Source: Antedon mediterranea
Taxonomy: Eukaryota; Animalia; Echinodermata
Assembly (NCBI RefSeq): GCF_964355755.1
Contig: NC_092672.1
Location: 17,931,237-17,995,236 of the forward strand
Direction: 5' to 3'
Length of the DNA: 64,000 nucleotides
Position 1 is the first letter of the stretch, and each line of letters opens with the position of its first letter. A model generated the notes under the pieces. The model saw only the letters and a list, made by a program, of their open reading frames with translations. It did not search any database and was not told the origin of the DNA. A program made the translations under genes and the position numbers. This document shows, piece after piece, positions 38,081 to 52,207 of this stretch.

Positions 38081-39009
38081 AACATAGGGATCAGAGAGAT
38101 TGATCTTAAATGAAAGCTTTTGAATCTTTTAATATGCATATTCGTCAGCAGTTATTTGACATTAAACGAGAATCAATAACGCTCCAAATTATCTTAAAAC
38201 GTATTACAATCTTGAAAAATAAAGGTGTGGGCTTATTTATTTCGTAACATGAAGATGCCGTATAGAAATCTAGGAACATGCACTTGCCTAGCTGCACCAG
38301 TATTAAAAAAACTTATGTTTTATCATCCCCTTAATATCGATAAAATTGGCCTCTTTTCTTTTCCAAATACCGTAAGAGCTTATGTCATGCTGTTTAATGA
38401 CATTATACGTATACGTCCAGTAATATGGAATATTGGTTAGGCTGTTACTACTTTATAGAAGAACTTATAGATTTTTTTTTTTACATTTTCTCCCCAATCC
38501 TGAGAAAATAGGACAATAAACATTTTTAGAACCTAAAGAATAATTATATCCATGATGTGTTTATGTCTAACTTAAACATTTACAATCATTTTATTTTATT
38601 CCAATTCGTATTCTACAGCAAAGAACCACCTAATTTTACAAACAAGATTTTAATAAATCTACACTATTTTAATAATGTAGGATTTAAAAAAATTGAATTA
38701 AAATTGGTTACATTAGATGATTTGAAAATAAATTTCTCTCTCTGTCGTTTGAAAGTTTCATAAAAAAGCCTTCCTATTATGAAAACATTAAGGAAATCAT
38801 TTTCATTGTTTGTCCAAGAAGTTTTCAAAAAATAAATATCGCTAGTTATTACAAAATAGACTACAAACCTTAGGTACATACGTCGATATAAGACCGGTAG
38901 AATATTTTAATTTAGTTGTTCTAAGAAGAGGGTAGTTGTCCTAGAAGAGTGATTGTCCAGGTGGTAGTTCAGCTACACCTATCATCTTGTATGATAATCT
39001 GCCCTACGT

Positions 39010-39565
39010 AGGATTCAATTGAAACCTATAATTACCATTAATGGCAAAAGCTTAGAATATGTTGATTCAACCACATATCTTGGTCATGTTATTTCCTATC
39101 TAGGTAATGAGTTAGATATAAAGCGGCAATACAGGTCTTTGTTTATCAGAGCCAACTATCTGAAATGTGTTTTATTTAAAACATATTGTGTAAATATGTA
39201 TTGTGCTACATTATGGTGCAACTATAATCAAGGGAACTTGCGATCTCTCTAGGTGTGCTACTTACATGGGTTAACAATGTTATTGCAAAGGCCTCGACGT
39301 TGTAGTGCCAGCTTTATGTTTACGGAATGTAGAATTCCTTCTTTTTATGAATTATTAAGAAAATCGATATATGGCCTGATGTGTAGACTTAAGTGAAGTG
39401 AAAATGTTTTAGTTTCAACAATTTTAGACGTCTTATATATGTAAAAGATGCTCTCCATGTGGGATGCCATCCTGAGATGAGTAGTAGAAATTCCCACAGT
39501 TTTTTGTTTTATTAATTTATACGTAATTTTACTTTCTGTGGACCAGAGATTCCAAAATAAATTAT
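39010..39565 (+). mobile_element. Decayed non-LTR retrotransposon 3' fragment (RTE-X/Proto2-like C-terminus)
   Basis: INGKSLEYVDSTTYLGHVI...LFKTYCVNMYCATLW; AATAAA near 39557. Confidence 0.6.
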
Positions 39566-40269
39566 TTCTTAGCTCAATTGGAATGGTCAGACCAATGGCG
39601 TTATCTGGGCCAGCTGTAGGCTACTTTTGTCTTGCAATATTATAGACAGAAAATTCACCCTCATATGATTGCTTGTGATCGAAATGAATGTGGTGATCAT
39701 ACAAAATGAGTTTGTAACCAACGTTCCATTTTGATATTTTCACATTTTTTGTTTGTTTCTTTTTTTCTATGTTTTTTTTACCTTTTATTTTGTTATTTAG
39801 GTACACTCACTGGTACTGGTTCAAATAACCGTCTCACAGAGACATCTTGTAGCCATTTGGATGTGTTACTTTTAAATGTACAGTATGAGAGTGACTATTA
39901 CTAAATTGCACAGTCACAAAACAACTTATAAAAACATAGTTTGATTCTATAAGACCATAATATAAAGACCAATACATTCAGTACGGTATATTGTATTTTA
40001 ATCTACTTAATTAATTATTCTGTTAATATTATAATTGTTCATAAAATCAAAAGTTATTATAGATGAGCTTATTCTAAATTTGTCAACAATAAAAGTAATA
40101 ATGCATCTTAGAGTCTGGCCTTGATCAGCCTTTTATTAAAATCAGACCCACCAACTAAAGTTTTAGTTCCCCTTAAATAACTTCAAGAATTGGAAACGAT
40201 TATTTTAGGGAGAATTTCATGTTATTCTGCTAAAAATAATTGTATTGTGTAGTGTATAGGTTGTGTGGA

Positions 40270-40427
40270 TTAAAAACCAGGAGCCGAAAGACTTTTGTCC
40301 ATAAACTTTTTCTTAGCAAAGCACATCCACCACTTGCTTGGTTTGTCTGTAGCAGGATCAAACACCTTTTCAATAACACGCAGACCAGTTTCTTGACGAA
40401 TTTGTTGAATGTATTGTCGTAGAGTAT
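40270..40427 (-). CDS. ARPC3: ARPC3 last coding exon ([24 protein letters not shown]...[24 protein letters not shown]-stop)
   Basis: tacag acceptor; RQETG and KPSKWW motifs diagnostic of p21-Arc. Confidence 0.97.
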
Positions 40428-40669
40428 CTGTAATTAAACAATAGCACAACTTCACAAAATAGAGCTCCACTACATTCACAAATGCAAAATGTCACTAAAT
40501 CTTTTCCGACTTTTGATAATTTAATACAGCTGACTATCCTTAAACTATACAATAATCATTATTTCCTAATGTAGTGCTTTTTAAAAAATATTTTGATACA
40601 TTTACTGTACATTTAAACCCAGTGAACGTTTTTTATGTTAATACATATTCATTTTCAAATTGAAGCAAT

Positions 40670-40900
40670 TCGGATTGCGTCCTCTACGGACACATGGTAG
40701 CTGCAGTGCAGCACCTACCATGAATGACAGGGTTAAGGGTAACTCCCTACTTATCTAAAAAATGTACTGGGTTAGAACTTTTAAAGTTCACATGATGAGT
40801 CACATGTGTACACTATTCACCTAGTTTTAAATCCTTGCTCGAGAAGACTTGTTCTACCACCAGAAAAATAGTCAAGGAGAGCCTTGAACCTGTGCCTATC
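40670..40900 (-). mobile_element. Old tRNA-derived SINE remnant in an ARPC3 intron
   Basis: B-box-like ggttcaagg at ~40883-40891 (minus strand) and a degenerate ccctact...actgggtt..cttttaa central-domain-like tract. Confidence 0.35.
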
Positions 40901-41087
40901 TTGTTAGGAAGCTTTTAAAATATTGACGCGGGTAGGTGTGACATGGAAGTCAGAAACTGCCTCTTATCTTATGGAATGAAAGCTTGTTATAACGTTTAGT
41001 ACGACTACGAGGTTGATTAGCTGGAAGAAAAGTGTATTCTCGACTAGTTTATTTTTTTAACAGTATTTTATCTAAATCACAACATAC

Positions 41088-41214
41088 CTTGCTCTTCTCT
41101 GCCAGATGGTTTTTGGTAAAGTGCATTTAGTGGAAAATTTGGTTCACCAGGAATATCAAAATTTTCCAATCCAAGTGTGTGCATTTCTTTCATTGCTGTA
41201 TTTTTTGACGAACA
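41088..41214 (-). CDS. ARPC3: ARPC3 exon (CSSKNTAMKEMHTLGLENFDIPGEPNFPLNALYQKP...)
   Basis: 127 nt with cag/gtatgt sites; IPGEPxFPLN motif. Confidence 0.97.
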
Positions 41215-41415
41215 CTGTAAAAGCATGTTTGCATACTAAATTCATGATCTCACATTATAGATTCTTTTGAAAACCAAAGGAAATGAATTTTGGCAAGCCT
41301 GGTAATTGAGCATGGTTCATTGACATTATACACAAGTTTACAGTTTGTAGTGTAAATTAACTAGAATGAAATGTATACTCATGAAATGATGCTTGCCTAT
41401 TATTGAACCACTCAC

Positions 41416-41484
41416 TTTTTGTAATTTCTTTAAACATTCTGTTACATACAATGTAATATAGATCAGTACCCTGTCCGATGAACT
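41416..41484 (-). CDS. ARPC3: ARPC3 exon (SSSDRVLIYITLYVTECLKKLQK)
   Basis: 69 nt with gcag/gtgagt sites; DRxLIYITLY motif. Confidence 0.97.
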
Positions 41485-42143
41485 CTGCAAAAAAAATAAA
41501 TAAATATGACTAGATTGAATTCGTCACTATGACGAAATATAGGTTATGTGTGTCTATTTACAAATTATAGTTAATTCTGACATAGGCGAGCACAATGGAA
41601 AAACTTCAGGACAAATCTCTGCCTTGGATACCTACCTGATCTATCTCAGATGTACTGCGAAATGTAAATTTGATAACACTAGTTTTCACTAGTACAATAT
41701 TTTTCCATATTTCTATCTTAGGAAGATATTATATAAAGAGTTTTACAACAAAATTTCTGAATTCAATTTCAATTGTACGCGGTCAAAGTAATTTCCGGGT
41801 TCACAATGAGTTTACCTTACAACTACCTGGTTTCAACTAAGTTGGTCGTTAGTGGCTATAGCCATTTTAGTTTCTTGTTTATTTTCGGATCAGGCCGCGC
41901 GTGTGAAGAAACAGTAGTTAAAAAATAAAAATTATACTGCAAATTACTGAAGATCAAATTAAATATACGCCATAAAGCATCGGAATATAATGTGGGGAAC
42001 CGGAGTCATTATCATTCCGACCAACCATCGTCTACACTTCCTACAAGGGGAGAGAACGAAGCGAGCTCACCCTCTAGTGATTTAAATAAATAATTTGATT
42101 TTTTTTAACTATGAAAACCTGAATAAATAAATAATGTATGACA

Positions 42144-42862
42144 GGATCTGCTAACGCAAATACAATAGCCCGTATCACAATCCGATCAAAGATCCCTCTG
42201 CGTATAATGTCATAAACCACATTTGTTACATAACAATAAGACATAAGGTACTTTTTATCTAGATTTCATTATAATGTGTTTTATCATAGATTATTTATAG
42301 AATATACACTAAGAAATGAAATTGAACAAACAATACGGATTATGAAAAAAAAAATCTTATTTCGTTTCCCAAAGGAAAGACCTGATCTAGGTACCTTGAA
42401 TACCATAGGTACGAGCACAGACCACCAAGTCATACACAACTCAGAACTGACTAAAATTTGTAGAATAATTCCTGCGTGTATTTACTGTGTACATACCACA
42501 ATGAATTATAATTTTTTACTATGATGACATCTTAAAAATAAAAAAATATGATGCTCTGTCAAAGTATATACTTTTATATATAAACATTTTAAGGAAGAAA
42601 GTTAATGTTAAGTTTGTTATTTTGGCCTAAGAAAATATCATAATTTGTTTGATTGTCAAAATGAATTTTTTTTATTTTAATATGCAATTAATGATGACTT
42701 AATCAACTTTTATTCTCTTAATTTCCTAATAAATCATACATGATACATACTGTACACTTCAAGAAAATGAAATGAATAATAGGTGTTCCCGAGCATATTG
42801 ACGATCTATACTAATTTTAAAATTTAGCATATTTTCACCATTTTGTTAACTTACATGTGCGT
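42144..42862 (+). repeat. Dispersed repeat, copy 2
   Basis: Colinear diverged match to 14682-15235. Confidence 0.8.
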
Positions 42863-43379
42863 CTGAATTGCTGCATCTTCTTACAATTAAATTGTAATAA
42901 AAAGCGTTAACATTTATGTATAAAAAGACCATCAAATTCTATAAAATTGCAACATAGAAAATATTATATAAATCTAACCTATCAATCAACACATCAATGG
43001 CAAAAATTCTAATTAATATTGATGTTTATTTGATTTCATTTCAAGCACAACATACAACATTAAAATTGTAACATTGTAAAACAAAGAAACGAAACAGGAC
43101 AACCACAAAACAAGCAAAACAGCTTTTACAACTAGTGGTGCCCTAGAAAAGAAAGCAAAAAAAAATATCACGCTCGTTGAGCTTGTGCACTCTTTGTGTT
43201 CATAATCAGTGTACCATGTCCCGCATACCTGGCTCAGCCTATATATTGTGCCAGTTCTGCAGTACATTTCATTTCGAAACCTGAGCTGCACTGACGAGAT
43301 CTAATAAGATCGAAACAGTACTGTCTGCAGATTGAATATATACAGTATATATATAACAGATAAGAATAGTCCAGGAGCA

Positions 43380-44660
43380 ATTTGGATGTTTTTAAAAGAT
43401 AAGAATTGATACTTTTGAGAATATTCCACCGTTTGAGATTGGTAATGATCCCATCCAAGCATGGAAATTGCGACAGTGGAAGAAGGCGGTCAACATTCTT
43501 ATCACAGCGAAAGGTATAAGTGACGCGAAACAAAAGGAAGCGATTTTATTCCACACATGGTGGTATTCGAATGCAGGAAATTTATTTTTACTTTACCCGA
43601 TATTACAGTAGCAGAAGGAGAAGAATTACCAAATATGACATGGCAATTAAGAAATTGGATAACTAAGCCTAAAGTAAGGTAAACTCACCATTTGAACATC
43701 ATAAATTTAGAAAGTTAAGCCAAACTGAAATGGAGTCTGTCACCAATTTCATTTTTCGGTTGAGACAGCAAGCTGATATTTGTGATTTAGGAACAGAAAA
43801 AGATAACAATATCAATTGATAGATGTTTGCCAATCAGATAAGCAAATGGTTTAACTCTAGATAGTTCTGTAAGCATTGCAAATTCATTTGAGCTTGTGCA
43901 GAAACAGTCTGAAACAATGTCTTCGGCTAGCGGTAGCAGTGGTAAAACAAAGCCTCAGAGCGTTTATGCTGTTCAGCAACGTTTAAGTCAACCTAGAAGA
44001 AGTGGTTCAAGTGGTAATAAGCATTGGACTAGTAGTAAGAATAAACATTCACCATGTTTATTCTTAATGTTGCATTGGCCTTGTATCGTTCAAGCTTGTG
44101 ATCTCCGGAAAGGTATAGTCCATTTTTTTCAAAATAAATCAATTGATGATGAGAATAGTTTCTCGAAACATGTCACATTTACATTTTAAGGCAGTTTGCC
44201 TTTTTAAACCAAATGATTGTTAGTTCAAAGATAAAGAATGCCACAAATGCAACAAAAAGGGACATATTGCACAATGCAAATTCCAAGAAATCGCGACAGC
44301 CACAAAACCAAGTTGTGCTGGAAGAGGAAGAAGAAGCTGATCAAGCTCAAGTACTGTCAAGTGAATAGATTTTGGCTCCAGTAAGGGTTGAACTCAAACT
44401 AAATGGACACAGGTTGTAAATTTGAGGTTGGTACAGGGGCGACATTTTCAGTAATTTAAGAAATTGTCCAATGTTGTTCTTACCGATTCAAAAATAACAT
44501 TTTAAAATTTTAAAATTTTTACGGGTGAATCTGTAAAGCCAATCTGAAAATGCAACATTAATGCCCAGTATAAAGAACAAAACAAAATGTTAGATGTGTA
44601 TGTAGTACGAGAAATTAATCAGTTACTATTAGGTCGAAATTGGCTACAAGATATTGATAT
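43380..44660 (+). pseudogene. Decayed Gypsy gag-protease fragment
   Basis: FEHHKFRKLSQ...FIFRLRQQADICD, Zn knuckle CHKCNKKGHIAQC, protease-like FEVGTGATFSVI and LLGRNWLQ. Confidence 0.75.
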
Positions 44661-45699
44661 TGGCACCAATTGTTACAAGTACAATTTTTTGACATTTTGT
44701 AAAAATAATGAATATAGGCTGCAGGGCATGGCCTTGTATCGTTCAAGCTTGTGATCTCCGGAAAGGTATAGTCCATTTTTTTCAAAATAAATCAATTGAT
44801 GATGAGAATAGTTTCTCGAAACATGTCACATTTACATTTTAAGGCAGTTTGCCTTTTTATTAAATGCCTCGTTATAGTAATCTTAACTCGTAAGTTTGGT
44901 GGTATTATTTATGATAAATCAATTGAAATAGTTAAAATCAAATATTGATTGATCCTGCGTGCGTACTACGCGTTTTAATGAGATATTTTTAATTGCGCTA
45001 GTAATGAATTATTTGAAGTCACAATGGAGGTCGCAGTTTCAGCCAATCATAAAAATTATCTTGTAGTCTTCAGGCCAACCATCCAATCAGATTCGATTAC
45101 ACATCTGGCTCGAATAATAATTTAAAGATGTATTGTCCCTTGAAACACACAAAAATGAAGGTCAAAATATACTAAATTTTAATTGGCCATATCAAAGTAA
45201 TATTAAAGTTATTCACTTTAAGTCGAAAATTCGAGACAAAAACAACAATTTTACGTAATTAATAGCTAAATTAATTTGATTACATTTCGTCTGGAAAACC
45301 ATGTAAACAAAGATTTCAAACCATGAGTATACATTATGCATGATGCTAATTAGGATTGTTTACAACTTGTCACGGTTGAGAATGTGTTTTCACACAGATC
45401 GCGAGGAAGTTTTATGATTATGCATACAGAGTAGCCAAATATGCGAATTGCATTATGAGAAATGTTTTGATCGTCAAAGTTATTTTTTGAACCAAAAAAC
45501 GTCTGTATTTCAGTTAAATGATTTTTTTTTTCGACTATTTTTTGGTGAAAGTTAATAACTATTATGATACTTCAAAATGACCCACTTTTTTTCGAAATCT
45601 TTTTATTTTCATTTTTTAGAATTTGACAAAGGGACAATACAAACAAACCCAAAACGCTACACTTTCGTAGGTGTACAATTATAAAAATAGTCGGTTAAA

Positions 45700-46010
45700 T
45701 ATGTCATCGTTAAAAAAGATATGCTATTGTCACAATTTATCTGTTTCTGGAGATATAAAGCCCTTCACAGAAGCAACATGGAATACATTTGTAAAATGTG
45801 CTAAGATTTGGAGTGATTTGAGTGGCAACCAAGCCAATATTGCTCAGAGATTTCTGGCTGCTAATCCTGCTGATGATGATGCTAGCCTCAGGGGGCCAAT
45901 AATACCCAAAGATGCTGGCTGCCATAAAAAATGCTACCAGTATTTTACTTACAGTACGAAGCAAAAACGAGCAATTGTTGCCAAAGAGAAAATTGTATCT
46001 ATTGAAGGTA
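45700..46010 (+). pseudogene. Probable N-terminal exon of a DNA-transposon (Academ-like) protein
   Basis: ORF MSSLKKICYCH...GCHKKCYQYFT resembles the HxxCYxxFT motif and ends at a GAAG|GTAGGA donor-like site. Its upstream region (45308-45432) recurs inverted at 24750-24870. Confidence 0.4.
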
Positions 46011-46513
46011 GGACTATGATTTATATTTTTTTTTTCTGAGGAATTATTAAACAACCTATCCGTCGCCCCGGATAGCCTCGGGCTAGCCTATTTTCAGGCG
46101 GCGGCTGGGATTTGGCGAAGGCCCAAGTTAAGCCGCCGACCAGTTAATAATTCATGATTTTCTACGAATGAAGAGCCAAACAAAATGGATTAAAATTTGA
46201 GTTTGTTGCATAATTCTATAACTTAGAAATAAGCCAATAACTTAATAAAATGAATGACTCTAAGACAATAAATTATTATGTTATTATTAGCCTACTTTGA
46301 TTTGTTATTGTAATGTATACTGTATTTTGGGTCCGATAAATGGATTAATAATTAAAGTAGGCCCCAAGGCTGTAGGCCTAGTAAATGTTGGCTAGAATGA
46401 CACTCTGGATGTCATTATCTCGCATGTGTTTGCTACTGTATCTGCGAACATATTTTATTTAAAGACTAAACTTTAAATAATAATCGTTGTTACAAAATAT
46501 ACTGTTAAAGCTC

Positions 46514-46990
46514 AGGTACAGGCATGAATTTTAAACATAATATCTGGTTAATTGTACATAAATCTAATATTTGTAACAGAAATCAAGACGAAAAAACATG
46601 AATTTCCCCTAATATGGTCAAATACAAAATTTGGCAAAATTCTGCCAAAAAAACTAGGAATACTTTTTTTCAGTAGTTAGGTAGTTAACATAATGTAATA
46701 ACATGTCTGGTGACTCCCTAGAAGGTGAAAAAAGATAGTGGATATACGGTGGATAATTTTTGCTATAGCATGAAAATGAAATTCTGAAGTTGAATAAAAA
46801 TACCAGAAATGTAAAATTCAAGTTATATTACCTATATTTAGTCATCTGATAACATTTTTTACCACACCGTTTATTTTTCATAGCTTTTTAAAATGCCTCT
46901 CTATTTTCAAAATTTGTGTACAAAAGAATAGAGATTTTACTGTGTAATTTGAAAGAAAGTGCTAATTTTCAAAAAGCTTGTGTAACACAA
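46514..46990 (-). mobile_element. Partial inverted copy of the Kolobok-like element
   Basis: Reverse complement of 55870-56172 joined to 57080-57248, lacking the pogo-like insert. Confidence 0.8.
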
Positions 46991-47177
46991 ATAAAATATA
47001 TTAAACGTAAATAAAGGAAAGTTGGTGAAATCATTCCTTTTTTTTGCTAAATATATTATTGTCTAAATATTAATATTCATTAAAAGTCAGAATTATTTAT
47101 AGTTATATATATTATATGAAGAAATATTATTTTATCAATCCCCTTCATTTGCACTTTTTGCGTTCCATACTTTAACG

Positions 47178-47300
47178 GGGCCGAGTTGACCGATTATTTT
47201 TTGGCCGAGTTGACGTGAGGCCGAGTTGACTTGGGGCCGACTTAACTTGGGGCCGACTTGACTTTGGCCGAGACGGTTCAGGGCCGACTTGGATCGAAAT
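47178..47300 (+). repeat. ~15-bp subterminal repeats (ggccgagttgac), probable DNA-transposon end
   Basis: About seven imperfect ggccgaSttgac copies. Confidence 0.6.
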
Positions 47301-47849
47301 CATTTTAGTGAATATTAGTGTACTGTATGAGGCTGAATACAAATATATAGATCACATTGTTTTATAAGTTTAGTATTTTTGAAAAAAAAAAAAATATTGG
47401 TAGACTATCCAGAAAAACATTGTAAAATTGTTTATCGTTTTTAATACTTGTGTAATTGTAAAAAAGAAAGAAAAGCATCTATGAAACATTGTAGAAAAAT
47501 TGAAATAATTCATGTTGATTGCATGTCAGTGTAAAACTGTTTGTTGTCTACTGCATTTAAATATTAAAAACAATTTTAGAAATAACATTGGGACAAACCA
47601 ACATAAAATCCTCGTTCATTAGCCTTATTTATTAATACTTGTACAGTGTAAATGTATTGGCTACTGTTTTTATCAATTGATGAAGTTGATATTGATTAAG
47701 CTGGCAGTCAATTTTTATATTGGAATCATCTATTATCAACATTGTTCAGCAAAAAATGCTTATACAGTTCATCTGATACAGCAACTTGCAATTAAAATTG
47801 CAATTTACGTCAACAGAGGGCGCTATTTCTTATGTATTTCCTTATGTAC

Positions 47850-50800
47850 AAAATAGGGGTGATAAAGCAAGAAAAGCGGTTTTTGGATGCGCATGAACAT
47901 TACTGCGATTTGTTACAAGAAGATGAGAAAGGAAGGTTAAATCTAATTGTTGAATCGTTAATATCTGCCTTTGACGATCGTAGTCGGTCTTCAAAAAAAA
48001 TTGTCTAAGTCATATCGAGTAAGTAGGCAGAGTGTTAGAGAAAGATTGCTGTCTCTAGAAGAGGAAAGGGGTGCTTTAAAGACCTTGTCTCGGAACAGTA
48101 TGTACGACTACATGGTCTGCAAGGCCACCACAAACGTCCGTTCCTGCCGCTGTCGGTTTAGCCGTTGCTTATACTTGCGATATTCCAAATACGGCTCTAG
48201 ATTTTGTAGAACGCCGTCCACCTCCTTCTGTTCAAGGATTAATTATTTCACATGCAGGCCTGCCTCCAGCCATGGGAAAGCAAACCATCATGTCAACACC
48301 GACTGCGAGTATTACACAAACTGGTGGTTACCAAAAATCTCCGCCTCATAGTGATTCAGGTACTATACCAAGTGCCAGTAATCCTTGTGGCATTGGAGGC
48401 AGTGCATACCAACCGATTAATGTTGATGCTCATATGATGAAAGAATTAATCGATTCATTTAGACTTTCCGCTCTAAAGGTTTTTCCAGTTAGAAACTGCC
48501 ACCGCCAGCGTTTATAGCCCAATTCGATGTTTTTATTAAAGCTGATTGAAACTATGTATGTGATCTGATTTACATGTAATTTAGACTAAAATAATCATAA
48601 AGATTTTAGCTTTACAATGGTACCAAGAACGATTTTCAAATCGCAATATGTAAATCGTAATAGTAAAATGAAAGTAACCCACATTTTGAGTTTTTCGTAG
48701 TTTCGCGCAAGAAAGTCGAGATATTCGCGATTTTGTGCGAGACATCACAATATGAAAATATCGCCCGGTGAGATCAACAAACAACGAAAAAGTTACTTAC
48801 ACGGCACCGGTAGACCTGTAAAAACAAGTTATCACTATCATTAATCACTAAATCATAAATCTTACATCAATGTTTCGCCAAAATCCACATACCGGTAGTA
48901 AAGACACCAGGCCTAGTTAACTAGGCCTAAAGTTGGTCCGGAACCGTTTTACGACTAGGCCTAGGCTATAGCCTAGTACTACTAGCCATATTCAAAGTAC
49001 TGTATATACCAATAATTAACCTATCTACCGGATTTCGTAAAAAAACGCGAAAAACGAATATCTTCGTGTTTGGCAGTCAAGCGTTGTGTTTCCAAAAACG
49101 TAGATCTTCGTGTTTGGCAGTCAAAGTGTTAAGGTTTCCTATGTGGGATGCAGCATTCACTGCTTTGATAGAGGCCAAAGCTGTATCATTTCAAGAAAAT
49201 CTAAACCTTTTAAGTCAAAATTTAAAGGTTGAACCACGCTCACTGATAAGTAGTTATTTATTATTGCAAACAGAGAATTCGTATAATCTTGCACACAAAG
49301 ATCTTAAAGACCGATATGGGAATAATTCAGTTATCTCAAAGGCATTTCTTAAACGACTTGAGAATTGGCCGAGAATTGGCCGAAAATTAGCCCTAGTGAT
49401 GCTATTGGTCTGCGATCCTACTCTGATTTTCTCAGTAAAGTCTCCGCTGTGAAAGAAAGAATTCCTGATTTAGGTTTATTGGACTAACCCTCAAGAAATG
49501 CCAAATTAATTTCTAAAGTACCAAAATAAGGCAAATGGAGAACTACTGTATTGTACAAACTTGTATTAATCAAAACCGTTCTTTTCCTAGTTTCTCAATT
49601 TTTGCAGGGTTTATGAGGACAAGAGCCCAAGAAGCTAATATTCCTGTGTTCGATCAAGCGGTCAATGTTGCACAGGCAGAGAAACAAAAGAAGCCTCCGA
49701 CACGCAATAACCTAGCAAATGTACTTACTTACTACAAGTTGCCAGTTTTATGTTTAATTATTTTAAAAACCAACTTCCTATTTCTATGATTGATATGCTC
49801 TTCTCATTTAAACATTCCTTTTGCTAGACTTACTAAAACTAAATTTTTTATAACTATATCAGGTCCTAATTTGTGGAATCATATCCTGCCAAATATCAAA
49901 ACGTCAATATCATTATTTACTTTCCGAAAAAAGTTAAAGAATCATTTATTATACTGCTTAGTTAATATGCTTATATTATCATTATTTATACTCATATACT
50001 ATTTATGTTTACACAAAATACTAGTTGTTGTTTATTATTGCAATCTTTAATCTATACTATATATAATGTATATATAGTATACATTAATTATATGTATACT
50101 GTACATATTTTTTTCATTTACCAATATCGGTATTTATTTCATTTATATCATGAAACTATTGAAATATAATTTAAATAATTTTGATAAAGAAGATGTTAGT
50201 TATGTTATTATACTGTAATTTTTTATCCTAAATTATACAATTATATATTCTAGGTTTATTTTTTATTTTTTTAGTAATGTGTTTTGTTGTGGGTCCCTAC
50301 GAGACAAGTTTTTAACTTCTAGAAGGGATCCATGATAATAATTACCAATTACAGTACTGCTTTATCTATGTTCACTTTAATATCTTTTTTCTATTTTGTA
50401 TATATATTCATTCATTATTATCTAAATAAATATTATCTGAATCTGATTTAATTTGCCCATACTGTCAAAAGGATCATCACATTGATGACTGTAAAGAATT
50501 CAAGAAACTAGTCCGACGAGACAAGCGACAGTTCTTCATGGATAAGAAAATATGTTATTGTTGTGGTATGTCGACTGATCATAAAAAAATATAACTGTAA
50601 GGGTATTGTTAAATGTAAGCAGTGTCGTTACGAGCATCTTTCTTGTTTAAATATTTATAAACAGAATAAATCTACATCGCTTTGCGCAAATATACACAAA
50701 AATCAAGTGACTGATAATTCTATGATTCTGCCAGTGTGGTTGAGAAATAAGCAGAATCCGCAAAAAGAAATCTTAGTTTATTGTATTTTAGCTCTCAATC

Positions 50801-52190
50801 TAATAGTTGTTTCGTTGCAGATGAGATAGTACAGAGACTCGGAATTTGCGGAGAAGAGATTAAACTCAAGTTATCTACAATGTATACATCAGCCGTGGTT
50901 ACTTGTAAGAAATTTAAAGGTCTGGAGGTTACCAGTTTCGACAGAAAAACAGTTACACAATTGCCTAGTGTGTTCTCAAGAGAATCAATTCCTGCAGAGA
51001 CTACTAAAATACCTACTCCAACTACTGCGTCAAAATGGAAACATCTTGAACGGATTGTAAATAGTATAACTCTGTATATGCCAAATGTACAAGTAGGCTT
51101 ACTTATCGGTAATAATGTGCTAAGTGCTATTCGTCCTCGAGATATCATTGTAGGTAAAGACGACGAACCATATGGTGAACTCTCTATTTTAGGATGGGGA
51201 ATTATCGCCACAATTTGTGAGCAAGATCCTGTGTTAAAGGTGTCGAACAGAACTGTAGTTTCTAACGGACCGTCAAGAGTAGCCTCGAAAGACAGATTGG
51301 TGAGTTTTAAATCTGCTAAAGAAATGATAATATCTATGTATGAACATGACTTTAACGATCTACAAACAACTCAGCTTCGTCACATGTCTGATGATGATTT
51401 TAAATTCTTGCATATAATGGATAACAATAAATTAGCTCGCCTACGTGTGCGAATTATGGGTTACGTAAGGCTGCGGAGGATGGTAAAGAAGAATTCGGTC
51501 TTCAACCATATCGTTTCATCAAGGAAGATTTTTACGTTGATGATGGGTTGAAGTCTTTACCTATAACACCCGCCGAAGCTATTTAGCTGGTGAATAATAG
51601 CACACAATTGTGTGCAAAGGCTGGTCTTAAATTACATAAGTGGGTAACTAATGACAAAAGAGTTCTTAATTCTATTCCAGAAGAATCCAGAGCATCAAAT
51701 CTTAAGAAGATCGACGTTGGGAATCGACAGCCTATAGAACGGGCTCTTGGTGTTGCATCGAAAGTGATACTTTAACCTCCAGAATGGATTTTAAAGACAA
51801 GCCGCTAACACGTCGTGGAATACTGTCAACCGTAAGTTCAGTGTACGATCCCTTCGGAATTTTAGCGCCAGTTGTAGTTGTTGGTAAAATGATATTGCAG
51901 GAGCTGTGCATGGGAAAAATGGCAGAATGAGTTGATCGCAAACATAGATAAGGTCAGCATTAAACGGTGTTTTAAACCAGAGAACTTTGGTACTACTAAA
52001 CACACTGAACTGCACTTCTCTGATGCATGCGAAAACGCTTATGGCCAATGCACATATTTGCGATTAATTAATTAATCCTGTTTATCTTTTGTCTTAGGAA
52101 AGGCCAGAGTGACACCAAAGAGCACAGTGTTGACAATACCAAGACTGGAGCTAACCGCCGCTACACTGTCGGCGCGAATGGATGAGTTTT
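47850..52190 (+). mobile_element. Decayed BEL/Pao LTR retrotransposon (gag, Cys-His knuckles, protease, partial RT, RNase H) with internal insertions
   Basis: WDAAFTALIE...LKDRYGN..ISKAFLKRLENWP, CPYCQKDHHIDDC, VGLLIG...LGWGII, FYVDDGL, SVYDPFG, HFSDA...YG, KARVTP...TIPRLELTAA. Confidence 0.85.
49720..50450 (+). mobile_element. CR1/L2-group LINE 3' tail nested in the BEL element
   Basis: ITISGPNLWNHILPNIK...FRKKLK C-terminus, 3' stem-loop at 50291-50331, AATAAA and (tctgaa)n tail. Confidence 0.75.
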
Positions 52191-52207
52191 ACTTTATCAA
52201 GTTTGGC

